From the NCBI GenBank assembly GCA_951406725.2, contig OX597814.1:60760001-60824000 (forward strand): a stretch of DNA of 64,000 nucleotides, written 5' to 3'. Position 1 is the stretch's first letter, and each line of letters begins with the position of its first letter. Positions 25,206 through 39,294 of this stretch are shown here, piece by piece. The notes under the pieces are model-generated. The model worked only from the letters and a program-made list of their open reading frames with translations, ran no database searches and had not been told where the DNA came from. The stretch comes from Octopus vulgaris. Taxonomy: Eukaryota. Position numbers and translations under genes: made by a program.

Positions 25206-25489
25206 TATATGCAAAAAGACGACATAGTCATGGTAGGAACGCCTAACGTCAAAAGCCTACTCAATCAGAGCTGGCTTAGAGAGAAGTTTCAATTGAATAT
25301 CAACTGCGCCAGGAGTTAATGATGCAACCTCTAGGTGGTTACTTGACCTGCTAGTATAGCAGTCAAATCTTCCTCAAATAATTCTTTTCCATCTTAAAAA
25401 ATGAACAAATTAGATATTACAGTCCTACTATGTAGATTTGGCAAAGGCTATAGCTACTGCCCTTCTTCCTTCATTTAAAATGCACAATA

Positions 25490-25770
25490 GTTGCAGGTGT
25501 GGCTGTGTGCATGGCACCTTGGGCAAGTGTCTTCTACTACAGCCTCAGGCCAACCAAAAGCCTTGTGAGTAGATTTGGTAGACATGTGGATTTGGATTTG
25601 TGAGCTTGTGTCTGTGTTTGTTCCCTATCACCAATTGACAACTGGTGTTGGAGTATGATTGAATAAGTACTAGGCTTACAAAGAATAAGTCCTGGGATTG
25701 ATTTGTTTGACTAAAAATTCCTTAAGGTGGTGGTGCAGTCGAATGACTGAAACAAGTAAAATAATAAAAG
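25490..25770 (+). mobile_element. tRNA-derived SINE, family A (internally deleted)
   Basis: gcaggtgtggctgtgtg joined directly to catggcaccttgggcaagtgtcttctact...gactgaaacaagtaaa. Confidence 0.8.
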
Positions 25771-26244
25771 AACTATAAATAAAAAAAAGGGTACAAGAAG
25801 GGCAACTAACTCCGTCTTAATTGCCAATCACAGTAAGTGATTAACCAGCTCAATCCAGTTCTCTTTTATTTCTTCCAGAATCAACACAGAATTCAAGCGC
25901 AACATATTATCTAATACTACTACCACCACCACCACCACTAGTACTACCCATATACCAATCAACTCTTATTTACAGAATGTGAAGATAGAGCTGATGAATA
26001 TCATTGAAACAATTCTAAGCAATTATTCAAATTTCCATCATAAATAATTCTATTCAATGCTTCAGTTTGGATCATTTATATTAAACTTCTACTTCTAGTC
26101 ATATAATTGCCAAAATTGGTGACCCAAACCAACTCAACTACAACAACATTGGTGACCCAGACAACCTCCATTGCTTGACATATTTAGTCCCCAGCAAAAA
26201 AGAAAACTAACTTGCTAGTAATCTTTCTTGACGGTAAGTGTGCC

Positions 26245-26810
26245 AAGTAAACCTAATTAGTCCACTTTGCCATTGAAATCTTGTAGCAATGTTCAAAGCA
26301 ATGTCTACCTAGGAGTTAATGATGCAACCTCTGTGGTCACTTGACCTACTAGATATAGCAGTCAAATCTCCCCCAAGTCATTCTTTTCCACCTTAAAAAA
26401 AAGAACAAATTAGATAACATCATACAACTGCTAAGCATACCTAATTAGTACATCTTGCCATTCATATCTGGTAGCAATGTTCATAACAATGTTTACCAAG
26501 GAGTTAATGATGCAAACTCTGTGCAGTCACTTGACCTGCTAGATATAGCAGTCAAATCTCCCTCAAATCATATTTTTCCACCTTAATAAAAGAACAAATT
26601 AGATAATACAGTCCAACTGTCTAGCGTACATAATTAGTCTGCCTTGCTATTCATATTTGATAACAATGTTCACAACAATGTCTACTCAGAAGTTAATGAT
26701 GCAACCTCTGTGTGGTCACTTGACCTGCTAGATATAGCAGTCAAATCTCCCTCAAATCGTTTTTTTTCCATCTTAAAAATAAAAAAACAGAACAAATTAG
26801 ATAATACAGT
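26245..26810. repeat. Three diverged tandem copies of a ~190-bp unit containing part of a dispersed repeat
   Basis: gagttaatgatgcaacctctgtggtcacttgacctgctagatatagcagtcaaatctccctcaaatc...gaacaaattagataa at about 26312, 26500 and 26690. A further single copy lies at about 25312. Confidence 0.9.
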
Positions 26811-28753
26811 GCTAGATTCACTTTGTCAGAAAAATGAATGTCATGATTTCAGCTAGAATGCTATTATCCATAGATCTACACAATGAGGGCTGACTGGCCT
26901 AAACAAGAGAAACAACAACCTAGAGGTTAACAGGTTTTAAAGAAAAGTATGGTAGGACAAAGAAATTATTATTGCAGTTAATGTGTTGTTGTTGTTTTTG
27001 TTGTTTTTTTTTTTTGTTACTATGATTCTGCTTTATACTGATTTATAACAATGAAAGTGTTTACAGGAAAACTGAACTACAAATTTCAAGTGGTCTTGAG
27101 GAGAGAATAAAAGAATGGTTTTCTCAATGCCTATACCAAGTATTGGAAGGAGCTGAAATGACAACACATTCATCAAGTATACTATTCTCTTTCGTTTACA
27201 ACAGTGAACACTATAGCAGAAGCAGTACCTGTACCAGCAGCACCACCACCACCACTGCTGCCACCTGTAAATTTGCAACTAGGTGAACTGAAGCATTGAT
27301 AGTTAAGTACCCACTAGACTGGGATGCTTCGGATAACTTATTTCTAAACTGTCACACAAAAAAATGGTGATCCCTTGAATTAAGATAGCTCTGAGGTAAT
27401 ATTTTCTAGAGCTTTTCTATAATCTAATTGAATTCATTCAACTCCAGGCTGGTGAAATGATTCTTACAACAACCACAAACAACAGAAAGACAAAAAGAAA
27501 AAGAGAAATGAAAGGGGATAAAGAAACTTGCCAAGTAACAAGATTTTAATAGAAATGTCTAAGGAAATAACATTATTTAATGTGACAAGACATCGAAGTG
27601 CTGAGTACAACACATACATTAATAATGAGCCTTGTCTAAGTATGGTTACTGATAAATCTCACTATTAGTACAGTACATTGTATTGATCTAGTCAGTCAAG
27701 CAAACTCGAGTTCAGACAGAGGTGGTGGGGTGAGAGATTGGAGTGACATACAGGAAAACATGCTCCAAATACTGGTTTTTGGTGCGAAATGCACTCTTGT
27801 TTATATCATTAGAGGGGAGATAAATCCCTGTCACCTTCAGCCATCTTAGATTTTGTCATTGTTGACAAGACGAACGAAGGTTGAAAACACATCATTTGGT
27901 GGTCTTGGCACTGGAGATGGCGGCGATTTATATCCATGCTAGTGATATAAACAAGAGTTCCTCTCATGTTAACTACTGCAGTATAGTTTGTTCTAACAGA
28001 ACATCCATGTAGATAAATATTACCTCTCAGCATTAATACTGACTCTACTGCTAATATATATTTTTTTAACGAGCTCACTGGCTAATCATGACACCAGCCC
28101 CTGTTCTGGCACTGAAAATTTATAGGCCCTACTAGATAGGTGAGATTAATGATATTGATTTTTTGCTTGAACATACCAACAGGAAAGACACAAGCAGGGA
28201 GCAAATTCAGGTTCATGCATGACGTGCTAGAAATAGCTGCCAAATATGCCTCAAAAATCACACCTTATTATATAAGAAAAAGGATATGTTGAATAATAAT
28301 TTCAAATTCTGGCACAAGGCCAGCAATTTCATTACCCAATTGGCACTTATTTTAATGATCCCAAAAAGATGAAAGGCAGAATTTGAACTCAGAACAAAGA
28401 CAAATGAAATACTGCTAAGCATTTTGCCCAGTTTACTAACGATTCTGCCAGCTCACCACCTTAAGCACACAGTGAATAATGTTATTTTTCATATATTATG
28501 CTTGAATAAAAAGTAGGATGGTCACAGTTGGAATGTTCTTAATCACAGGCTGACTTGATCAGTGCTGACCTGAATCTAAACAACCACACTAACATGATTG
28601 AGATGAATAATCTAGGAATAATCTGCAATAGTCTCACTTGGCAGTTTTTAAGGAAATGAAATTATCAGAGACAAAAATAAAAAGTTGAAAGTTATTGATC
28701 GAAACGAGCAGATATATATGTATATAAAAACATAAACAAATTAATTCACTTAC

Positions 28754-28860
28754 CATTCTACAGCAGATTCTACAGTTAATTTCCCAGATTGGACAGCAGC
28801 CTGACTGTCTTCGAGCTCAAAGCCCATAGAAAGAAGAGCAGTTAGAATATCATCATTGTT
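28754..28860 (-). CDS. Coding exon of a UBA-domain protein (NNDDILTALLSMGFELEDSQAAVQSGKLTVESAVEW)
   Basis: Strong acceptor (ttttcttctttttctccag|) and donor (tg|gtaagt). 107 nt, phase 0 in and phase 2 out. The peptide has the UBA signature L..MGF....A......V..AV.W. Other coding exons were not securely identified in the window. Confidence 0.85.
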
Positions 28861-29454
28861 CTGGAGAAAAAGAAGAAAAATTAAAGCAATTATAGAGTTA
28901 ATTAATTGAGTTTGTTGAAATTGAAAATAGCTATAAAAACAACAGTAAAAAAAAAAATTTAATTTAATAAAAATGTTTTTTGAAAAGCTCTGCATAAAAT
29001 AGTAATTGTTTCTAATAAGGCACAAGGCCAGCAATTTTGAAGGGAGGGGTTTTGCCAATATCATCAACCCCAGTAAACTGACTGGTACTAAAAATGTATG
29101 TTATTGTCACCTAGAAACAATTTAATAAACCATCAATGTATAAAAAGTTTGAAATGGAAATAAGCAAGATAAGGAACATATAAAAGTAAAAAAACATTAC
29201 TACTATTAAAACTATACCAGGGATTGCAACTCTACACATAACCCAAAACAAATTCTTGCTTGGCACATGGCTATGTCTTATGCAACACTCTTTTATTTCA
29301 TTACCACACACCCTGTCAGCATATACTCTGCACAATTACTATCCAATAAATATTCCAATACAACACTATTATCATCATCTTATATCTGGTAACAAACATG
29401 ATACCAAAGACCATTCCATACACAATCAACAACATACTCAACACAATAATTTAA

Positions 29455-29676
29455 CTCTTTTGATACCAACCCACCTGAGACAGCCCCTAGATTTCTGATA
29501 TAAATTCCTTATTTTAAATTGATCTAAATTAAAATCACCCATAAAAATTTCATGTTAATCTATGTTCCAAACACCAGTTTAATACCGACAAAGTTATTTC
29601 AATAGATTTTTCATTATTTTCAAAATTAATTGAAACAAAGACAGTGTATTTCTACAGAAGTATAGTAACAAAATGG
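29455..29676. mobile_element. TTAA-flanked MITE, second family
   Basis: TTAA|ctcttttgatacc ... agtaacaaaatgg|TTAA; a similar copy lies at about 37877-38099. Confidence 0.65.
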
Positions 29677-29879
29677 TTAACACACAACTCACATTCACCA
29701 AATAATATTACACAACCCTCACACTACATACCAACACCCAATAACACAATAGATAAAAAAATAAAACAATACAGATAACATATGAAACAAACACCACCCA
29801 ACAAAATGATACAACTCACATTGCTTAAACTATTCACAATAAACAGACAAAACACAAAAGCAACTTCTGAAACAAACCT

Positions 29880-32179
29880 CATGATAGAGTGGAACTGATG
29901 TAATATTTCTACACTCCCTGCATGCATCACAGAAAGAGTGAAACATGCCTTGTAGTGAAGCAGAAATATGCATGAAACAGTTGAACAAACAACAACAACA
30001 ACAACAATGTGGTGCATAAAAGGGATGCAATATGGATAGGAACTATCAGAATTACAAGGAGAAAAGAAACAAAGGAATATTGTCATAAGTACAGGTGATG
30101 CGAAAGAACAAGTAGGCAAAGTGCCTAACTGGAAAGACCCCAGACCAGATGGGATACATGGCTTTTGGCTGAAGAGATGCCATGCCGTGCATGGAAGACT
30201 AGCAGCCCAATTGAATGAGTGTGTCCAGAAAGGTACAGTCTCCATGTGGATGGTGACTGGGTGGACAACACTTGTAATGAAAGACAAAAGAAAGGGGAAT
30301 ATTGTGGGAAATTACCATCCCATAGCATGCCTAAACATAATCTGGAAGATACTCACTGGAATATGTGCGGCAAAGAAATACACTTTCCTAGCACAGGAAG
30401 AAATACAACCAAGGGAACAAAAAGATGTATGAAGAGTTCTCAGGGTGCCAAGGATCACCTGGTCATCAATAAAACCGTTTTGAGGCATTGTAAAAAACAT
30501 CATACAAACATGTCTATAGCTTGGATTTACTTTAAGAAGGCATATGATGTGATACCTCATTCTTGGATCGTTGAATGCATGCCGATGTTTGATGTTGCTG
30601 ACAACATAAATTTTCTGATGAATAGCATGAAAGAGTGGAAAACCAAATCGTACTCAAGTAATGTATTCCTTGGAGAAGTTAATATTAAAAGGGGAATCAT
30701 CCAAAGTGACTCGTTTTTTTCCACTACTTTTTATAATTGCGCTAATACCCATAACAATGACACTTAGGAAAGTCATGATGGGTTACCGACGTGGGAAGAA
30801 AAGTTTATGGGTGACCTGAAATTGTTTGGGAAATCTGAAAAACAGATAGATTCTTTAACCAAAACAGTCGAGAAGTGTGGTAGGGACATTGGTATGGAAT
30901 TCGGGATCACCAACTGCACAGCACTTAATATGAAAAGAGAGAAAAAAACAGCCTGCAGAGGATTGTGGTTACCATCAGGAGAGACCATGGGTGAACCTGA
31001 TGGTAGTGGGTATAGATATTTAGGGGTTTTGGAGCTGGATGACATTCAACACAGAGAAATGAAAGTCAAGGTCAGCAAGGTATATCAAAAAAGGGTGAAG
31101 ATGGTGTTGAAATCCAATCTGAATGCCAAAACTTTGATTATCACAATGAATATCTGGGAAGTTGCAGTGGTCAGATATAGAGCGTCCATCCTCAAATGGA
31201 CTAAGGAGGAAATATCAACACTGGATAAAAGGATGAGAAAGTTGATGATGCTGCATGGGGCGCTACACCCTAAAGCAAACATAAACAGACTGTGTATGAA
31301 AAGAAAGAATGGTGGCCAAGGATTAATTGGTATAGACCATTGTACAAGGAGTGAAAGGAGAACGCTTGCCACGTATTTGATAAATAGTAATGAAAATCTG
31401 CTGCAATATGCTGTGAAAGATATGGATGTAAATACAGATGAAATGATGGACAAGGAAGAGTTTAACCAAAGAGCTGAGGAGAAGAGAAAAGAAGATCTTG
31501 AAATAAGAATGCATGGACAGTTTGAAAGGAATACACAAAACTTAAAGGATAATACAGCATTGTGGGCATGGATTCAACAACATGATGTACCACCAAAAGC
31601 CTGATCATTGCTGCACAAGACCAGGCTCTTGCTACCAATTCAGTGAAGAATAACATCTATAAAACTTATGACATCCAGAAATGCAGATTCTGTGGAAAAT
31701 GTGACCCACTTGGTAAGTGGATGTGAAAGCCTTGCACAAAAAGAATACAAGCACTGCCTCGATAAAGTGTGTGTGTATACCTTCATTGGCTGTTATGCCG
31801 TAAATACCAATATGAAGTAACAGAGAACTGTTATGAGGCATGTACCAAGTAAAGTTATGCAGGAGGATGGAAAAGTAATGATACTCTGGGACTATGATTT
31901 TCAGACGCATAGTGTAATCGAATACCATTGGCCAGATATTATCAAATTGAATAAGAGAGACAAATACTGTCAGATCATTGATGTAGCCATACCAAATGAC
32001 ATGAATGTTGTGAATAAAGAGGTTGAAAAAAAATCATCAAGTACTCCGAATTGAAAGTGGAAATGGCAAGACTGTAAGGAATGTAAGAGGGTAATGTAAA
32101 AGTGATACCAGTGGTGATCGTAGCATTGGGCTCAATCCCATTGAAACTTCAAGACTTCTTAAGGCAACTTGAAATCTAA
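29880..32179 (+). mobile_element. Degenerate R4/Dong-clade non-LTR retrotransposon (RT + CCHC knuckle + restriction-like endonuclease)
   Basis: Frameshifted ORFs 30121-32054 give MPNWKDPRPDGIHGFWLK, NYHPIACLNIIWKILTG, IAWIYFKKAYDVIPHSW, KRGIIQSDS, FMGDLKLF, YRYLG, GGQGL, CRFC..HLVSGC and WDYDFQTH..HWPDII..IIDVAIP. Confidence 0.9.
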
Positions 32180-32372
32180 TATTTTCCTATCCTTCCTTAA
32201 TACCGGTTCCCATATGCTATTCATATCTGGACTCAGTTTGCTTAGGATGTTGTTGTGTCCTAGCATATGTGCTACTTCTTTTAGTTTTTGCATTTTCCAC
32301 TGGTGTTCCCTGTCTATTATTTTAACTTCATCCCACAGGGAGAGGTGGTCTCCATTTTTCCATACATGACCC
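32180..32372 (-). mobile_element. Penelope-like element remnant (GIY-YIG C-terminus)
   Basis: HVWKNGDHLSLWDEVKIIDREHQWKMQKLKEVAHM...MNSIWEPVL fits the PLE pattern H....H...W..VKI+..E..W..RK.KEA..I. Confidence 0.7.
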
Positions 32373-32639
32373 CAGGTCAACTTTAAACTAGTAGATCTAT
32401 CACCAAAGGTGTTCTATATGACCATCTTGACACTTATCCAGTCATAGCATGCTTAGGGATTACATTGACAAATGTGACCTTTTGGAGGAATGAATGTTAT
32501 ATTTGACTGATAATTCTAAAAGGTCACATGACCACACAGAGCCTATAAAGGCGATTTCGTCTTTCATTTTGTCCACCCTGCTGATTACTCTTTATTCTTT
32601 TCTTTCTCTTCTCTCTACTCTTCTTCATTTTCCTTCCCC

Positions 32640-32834
32640 TTTATTTTACTTGTTTCTATCACTCGACCAGTCATGCTAGGGTAACACCTTGATGGGTTTT
32701 ACTCAAACAAATCAACCCAAATACTTATTTTTTTATAAAGTTTGTTACTAATTCTATTAGTTTCTACACCAAACAAATAAGTTACAAGGATGTAAACAAA
32801 TCAACACTAGTTGTGAAACAATAGGGGGACACAA

Positions 32835-32865
<31 letters not shown>

Positions 32866-32995
32866 AATACATATGATGGGCTTCCACACAGTTTCCGTCT
32901 ACCTAATCCACTCTCTAAGCAAGGTGCCACACTGTGGAACTGAACCCCAAACCATGTGGTTGCAAAGCAAGCTTCTTATCCACACAGCCATGCCT
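32640..32995 (-). mobile_element. tRNA-derived SINE, family A
   Basis: Reverse-complement family A blocks ending accatgtggttgcaaagcaagcttcttatccacacagccatgcc. Confidence 0.8.
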
Positions 32996-33554
32996 TTGCT
33001 TTTTCTTCCTTCTTTCTTTCTATCTTTCCACTTCTCTGTCATGCAATATTTCCCCTTTCAATTCTTTTCCTCTCTCTTCATCCTGTCCTCTCTTTCTTCT
33101 TCCATTGGCATATCTAACCATGCTGATCATAACATAAAATGTTCAGCTAGTGACAAGACTTGGTCTCCAAGCAATATTTGCTACAAAGGTTTATTTGAAA
33201 CAGCTCTAATTCTATAAAAGCAGAACCAGTTTATGCAACAATTGTCTCTAGTTCTTTCCTAAGTTCAATAGAACCAAACACACCAGAATTTATTGAATTT
33301 ACTAAATGCTCACTCCATACAAAAAGGTGGTTGTACCTGGTTCCTTGTGCCTAGAACAGCATTATACTTGACTACATTTTCAAGATAATACATTTCTAAA
33401 CTAATTCATTTCCAAATCACAAGAATATGTAGAACTGTTACTTATCTCCAGCTTAATGGTATTAAGAAGAAAGACATATTTGTTTCTGAATAGGGCTCTG
33501 ATAAATTATAGCTTGGAATTGTACTCAAGAAGACCTGTCCTCCACTGGCGAAGA

Positions 33555-33803
33555 AGATTGCTGGTGCCACATAAAAAGCACTCATGCCAATGCCACATAC
33601 AAGCATTTGTGTGGTGTCACATTAAAAGCACCCAGCACACACTGTAAAGTGGTTGGCATGAGGAAGAGCATCCAGCAGTAGAAACCAAGCCAAATCAGAT
33701 TAGAACTTGATGCAGGTCTCCAGCTTGCCAGCTCTGGTCAAACCATCCAACCCATGCCTGCATGGAAAATAGACATTAAAGGATGATGATGATGATGATG
33801 ATG
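33555..33803 (+). mobile_element. SINE family B
   Basis: ggtgccacataaaaagcac...ccaacccatgcctgcatggaaaatagacattaaag followed by (gat)n. Confidence 0.82.
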
Positions 33804-36800
33804 AACTTGGCAAGAAAAGCCAAAAAATCATTCATCAATTCCTCAGTACTACCACTGCCACTTACAGTAATTAGTGACAACACACCCAGTACACGCTAAC
33901 AATGTAGCCTATAATGCTCATTCAGCTTGCTAGATATAGCAGCTAAATCATTACTGACTCACACACAGTCATCTTAAAGAATTAAGGATGTATTGAATAA
34001 TGTCATTCTAGGGATGTTATATTTGAATAAAAAAGTGAGATAGTCACAGCTGCAGCATTGTTAATCATAGATGTCCTAGATCAAGAATGACTTGAAGCTA
34101 AACACCAACCACTATCATCACTTAAAGGGAACATTTACATGGTCATTTGACCTGCTTGAAATAGTCACAGCTGGAATAACTTTGATTAGAGAACTGCATG
34201 ATCAAGGTTGAACATGGTATAAACAATAACAGCAATAAGACATTTCTTGGCCATAGATACAAGACATTGCCAGTAACAGGACACAATCTGCCAATAGTTC
34301 AATCAGATGTGTACTCAGTTCCATATTGACTCAATGATTCAATCTCTAATTTTGATAATCATTTATTTTTTTACTTGTTTCAGTCACTGAACAACAACCT
34401 TGCTAAGGAACCATCTTGAAGGGTTTAGTCAAACAAATTAACCCCAGGAATATTTTTTTTTTTTTTTTTTTTTTAAATCTGGTACATATTCTATTAGCCT
34501 TTTTGTCTGAACTGCTAATTTATGGAAACACAAATAAACACAAGTTGCAGTCATGGGCAACACATACACACACACACACCATCATCATCATCTTCCTTTA
34601 ATGTCTGTTTTCCACGCTTGCATGGGTTGGACAATTTGATAGGACCAGGCTTCATTGTTTGTTTTGGCATGATTTTTTTTTTTACAAACACCAACTACTC
34701 AACAGAGTGGACTGGGTGCTTTTCACATGGCACCAGCACTAGTGGGATCACCAAGTAACTTGCAAGACACTTGAAGAAAGTGGCCTTGTATCAAGTGATG
34801 AGAGGTTAGAGTGTGACAGAGGGACAGAAACAAGTGTCTTGCTGTAGAGGAGATACATGGAGCAAGAGAAAAAGAGGGAGAGAGAGAGAGAGAAAGAAAG
34901 AGAGAGAAGAGGCGAGAGAGAGATGGTGGTGACATGCCAGGATATAACCCTCAAGGTACAGGGATCAGAATATAAATAGCATGGTAAAGTATTGCCAAGC
35001 ATGCATGCTTCCACACAGTTTCAATCTACCAAATTCACTAACAAGGCATTTGTCAAACCAGAGCTTGTCCAAGTTGCTGTACGGTGGTACTGAACCTTAA
35101 ACCAAGTGATTGCAAAGAAAGCTTCTTAACCACACAGCCATGAAGTTTAACCAAATTTCACACATCAAATGGGTGTTAAGCATGTCTTTTTCCAGACAGA
35201 TAATTAATCTAATAAAGGCTTGTTATTCAAGAGAAATTTGGGTTCAACTTTCTTCTTGCTTGATTATTATTAGTATAAAAATTCTGGTTTATTATATAGG
35301 CACAGTTCAACTTGAATGTAATTTTGTTCAATCCAGCCACAAGCCTACAAACGGTTGCAGCAAATATCAAATCAACAGATCCTCAGGAGAAATACGAAGA
35401 AGGAGTGGGAATAGGAAGAGGATGAAAGGCATTGATGGAAAAAAAAAATTGTGTAATGAAACAACTTAATCAGAGGAAGAGTGATTAAATAGTGATTAAA
35501 TTGCTAATCAAAACCAAAAGAATATTGTTGAAAAAAAAATAAATGTCAATACATTTTGATGATCATTTAAGAAGGAAAGATAAGAAAAGACAAAAGAAAG
35601 ATTTCAAAAAATAAAAGGAAAAAAGCAAAGCTGTTATGCTTGATAAAATTCTGAATTTTTGAAAGAAGAAAAGAGAAAAACATCTCAAGTATCAACATAA
35701 ATGAATCCTTTATCTCTATTCTAGAAGTAAATCTTGTAGTAAAGACACAGAATTATCAGAAGCAATGTAATATTCTGACATATTGTTGTTATTATTATTA
35801 TTATTAAGGTGGTGAGCTGGCAGATTTATTCATATGCTGAACAAAATGCTTATTGACATTTCACCGGTCTTTACATTTTGAGTTCAAATTCCACTGAGGT
35901 TGACTTTGCTTTTCATCCTTTCAGAGTCGAAGAAATAAAAATCAGTTGAGTTTGGGGGGTCAACAATACAGTACTAGTTGAATAATGGGGGCAATGTAAC
36001 TGACTTACACACCTTCCCCAAAATTGTTGGTCTTCTGCCAAAATTTAAAATCATTATTATTACAATTAGAAACCATAACTATTATTATTATTATCATCAT
36101 CATCATTATTATTATTGTAATTATTATTATTATTCATTTAGCAGCTATGTTCCATGGTAGGTAAAGGTACCTTCCTGAGTCATACTGACTCATAAAAGCT
36201 GATTTCTCATTTCATGATATATACATTCCCCACCTGGATGGGACGCCAGTCCATTGCAGGATTACTCATTTTGGCATGCTGAGTGGACCAGAGCAACATG
36301 AAATGAAGTGTTTTGCTAAAGAACACAACACATCACCCACTTCAGGAATTGAAACTACAATCTTACAATCATGAGTTCAACACCCTAACCACTAAGCTAC
36401 ATACCTCCACTATGTTCCATGCTAGCAAGGCCTGGATCCAATGAGTCCATAGACTGCATCATACTCCACAGTTTACTTTGACATGGTTTTTATGGCTGGA
36501 TGTGCTTTCAATACCAACCACTTTACAGTGTACAGGGTTGTGCTACCATAAGGGCAGTTGTCATGCTGCCTGCAAGACTAAGATATCAAAAAGATACAGA
36601 TTTAAACTAGAAATATGAGTGAAAGATCTAGTGTAGAATGGGTTTCTTGCTGTAGAGGGTCCACATACCTATTCACAGATTAATTAGGATCTTTGGTTCT
36701 GCGAGGGCAGGCCATTGATTCCTTACTGATCTTATATTAAATGTCATCAAAACTTCCCAAGATATAAATAAGTTTATTCCACCAGAATATGCAGAAGACA

Positions 36801-39294
36801 CCAGAATTGAGATTTGATACCCATCTCATTTAATAATAGTCTTCTGAATTGTTTGAAGAAACCTGTTTTTTCTTCATTTTCTATTTTTTTTCTTACAATG
36901 AATTGAAAATAGAAAAGAAAAAGAAAATGGAAGACATAAATTGCCACAGTAATGGAACCAAATGCAAATGTCAAAGTTATTCAAGAATAAAGGCAAATAT
37001 TAATAGTGTTAACATCCGTTATAGCTTCATTCAGTCTCAGTTATATGGAAACAAAGTCACTTCCTATCATTATCCTTCAGGTATTGGAATCAGTTACAAT
37101 AAAGGAACAGTCAGCTTCTTTTTTTTTCTTTTTCCCTCCTTTTTTCCCTCTTATTTATTTTCTTCTCTTATTTTTTTTTTGTTTTGGCTGCAATAAAAAG
37201 CATCATCATTATCCTCTTTCCCTTAAATGTAATCATCCAAACCACAAGTATATTATTCATAGATCTGAACACTACGATCTATTGCATAAATCAAGATGTC
37301 CTCTTTAAAGTCCTTAAAATATCTAACAGTTCTTTGAAGTTAGTTCCATTATTGAATGATGATGATGATGATGATGACAACATTGACGATGAAGCTGATG
37401 AAAAATAACAACAAAAACAATACAGCAAAAAAGATTATAGCACAAAGTAAAGATTCAAAATAAATCTTTGATGTAACAAGTAATTTATAGCAAGGAGACA
37501 CTGAATCTGCTGCCAGCTACAACACTTCCCCCCCACATTAAATTTCAACATTTAATTTCTTTTTCCCAAGCTTTCACACACCATTCCAGGAGTCAATTTG
37601 GAATACTGGTAATGGAATCAAACAGAAACAATTTTAGAAGAATATATATTATAAGCTGATACAGTGAATTGTTGTAGCAAAGGATATAAAACAACTAGAG
37701 TAGCTGGATTTATGTATCAAACCCAATATTAGACCAGCTGTCTATATGCCCTATCACAACTTGAACAATACTAGCCAAAGGTTAGAATAATACAAGAAAT
37801 GATCTGGTAGTGTTAAAAAATAAAATCGACAGAAGCGCTTCTAATTCCTAAAGAACCAATCTTACTAACCAGTTTAATTCTTTTGATATCAACCTACCCT
37901 GAGACATACTGGATCTTCAGTACAAATTTCAATTTTTTAAATTGATCTACAAACCTTCCATCAAAATTTCACTTTAAATTTATGTTCCAAATACCAGCTT
38001 AATAAGAACAAAGTAATTTTATGAAATTTATCATGAATTTCAAAATAAAGAGAGACAAAAGCAGTGTATTTCAACAGATATATGGTAAGAAAAAAATGAT
38101 TAAAGCCTGTTAGAAATTTTAACCAATATTATTAAAACTAGTGGCTGTAGGATGCATCACATAAGCTAGCACAAAAGCAGTTTTAGCAGCAAAGTTTATT
38201 GGATATATTTCAAACAATTTAGTTTTAACATAACATAAAAAAACTGCAAAACAACATTTATTTTAATGTATAAGAATTTCCTGCTAAACATAACTTCCAA
38301 AAGCTGAAAGTATATTCTTATGAGTTACAACATACCTATGTTGATTAGAGAAAGAAGGCTAAAAGAGAATATTCATCAATATTTATCAAACATTGTTCAG
38401 TCTTGCTTGCCTTTTAAGTCAAAGGAAGTGTAGAGGAAGCCAAGACATTTGTAGCAAACATCAATGTTCAAAACTGGTTCAGAGATTTTTGGCCAGTATA
38501 ATTTGTATAATTATAAAACTCAAGTAAGACAATAACATGAATTTAGGAAATTCAGGTAAGTGGTGATGTATGTCAATCACTATAACACCACAAATCCAAA
38601 TTTCTAAATCCAAACCATCGGTCTGCTTAAATAATTTCTCTAAACTTCCTCTATGTGTGTGTAGGGCAGATGAGTGAATGAATGCATGCATGTGCATTAG
38701 GGTAAATTAGACATAGTGGACAAAAGACATTGTAGTACCGAGTTACATTCCTTTAAACCAAAAAAAGAAGCTTAGCCATTCAATAAATAATGATCAATAA
38801 AATAAGTAAGTACTAGATTAAGCAATAGGGCCAATATAATCCACTAAAATTCCTGAAGGCATTACCCCAGCAACACCACAGTTCAATGATTGAAAAAAGA
38901 CTAAAAGAATGCAAAATAGAACCACTACAAGGCATTAAGAAAACATTGAAGAAACAAAATATCCTCTAATCATTTGGGATGCTACCAAAAACATCCATCT
39001 TTATGTCAAATATAAGACAATTCAGTGATGCTATTCTCTTGGCAAATCAAACACACAAGAACTTTGTGTAAGTAAGTTATTATTGCTCAATTAAATATTC
39101 TATGCTTGGTTAAAATATAATCAAAACAAGGAATCTCAAGTGGATGCCACCACCATCAAACTTTGTATACCACAGGAATATCAATGTTCAAATAGCATAT
39201 GTAGTCTATGACAAACTACGAGATATTTATAAAGTAGAATAGTGTGTGTGTGTGTGTGTGTGTGTGCATGTGCACGTGTGCGTGAGTGAGTGTA

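Noticed and set aside
27834-27940. CpG-containing segment downstream of the UBA exon that could be its next exon (HGYKSPPSPVPRPP...)
   Set aside because: Its phase does not complete the split Trp codon, that frame stops quickly, and the donor is weak. The gccatcttagattt motif suggests a DNA-transposon remnant.
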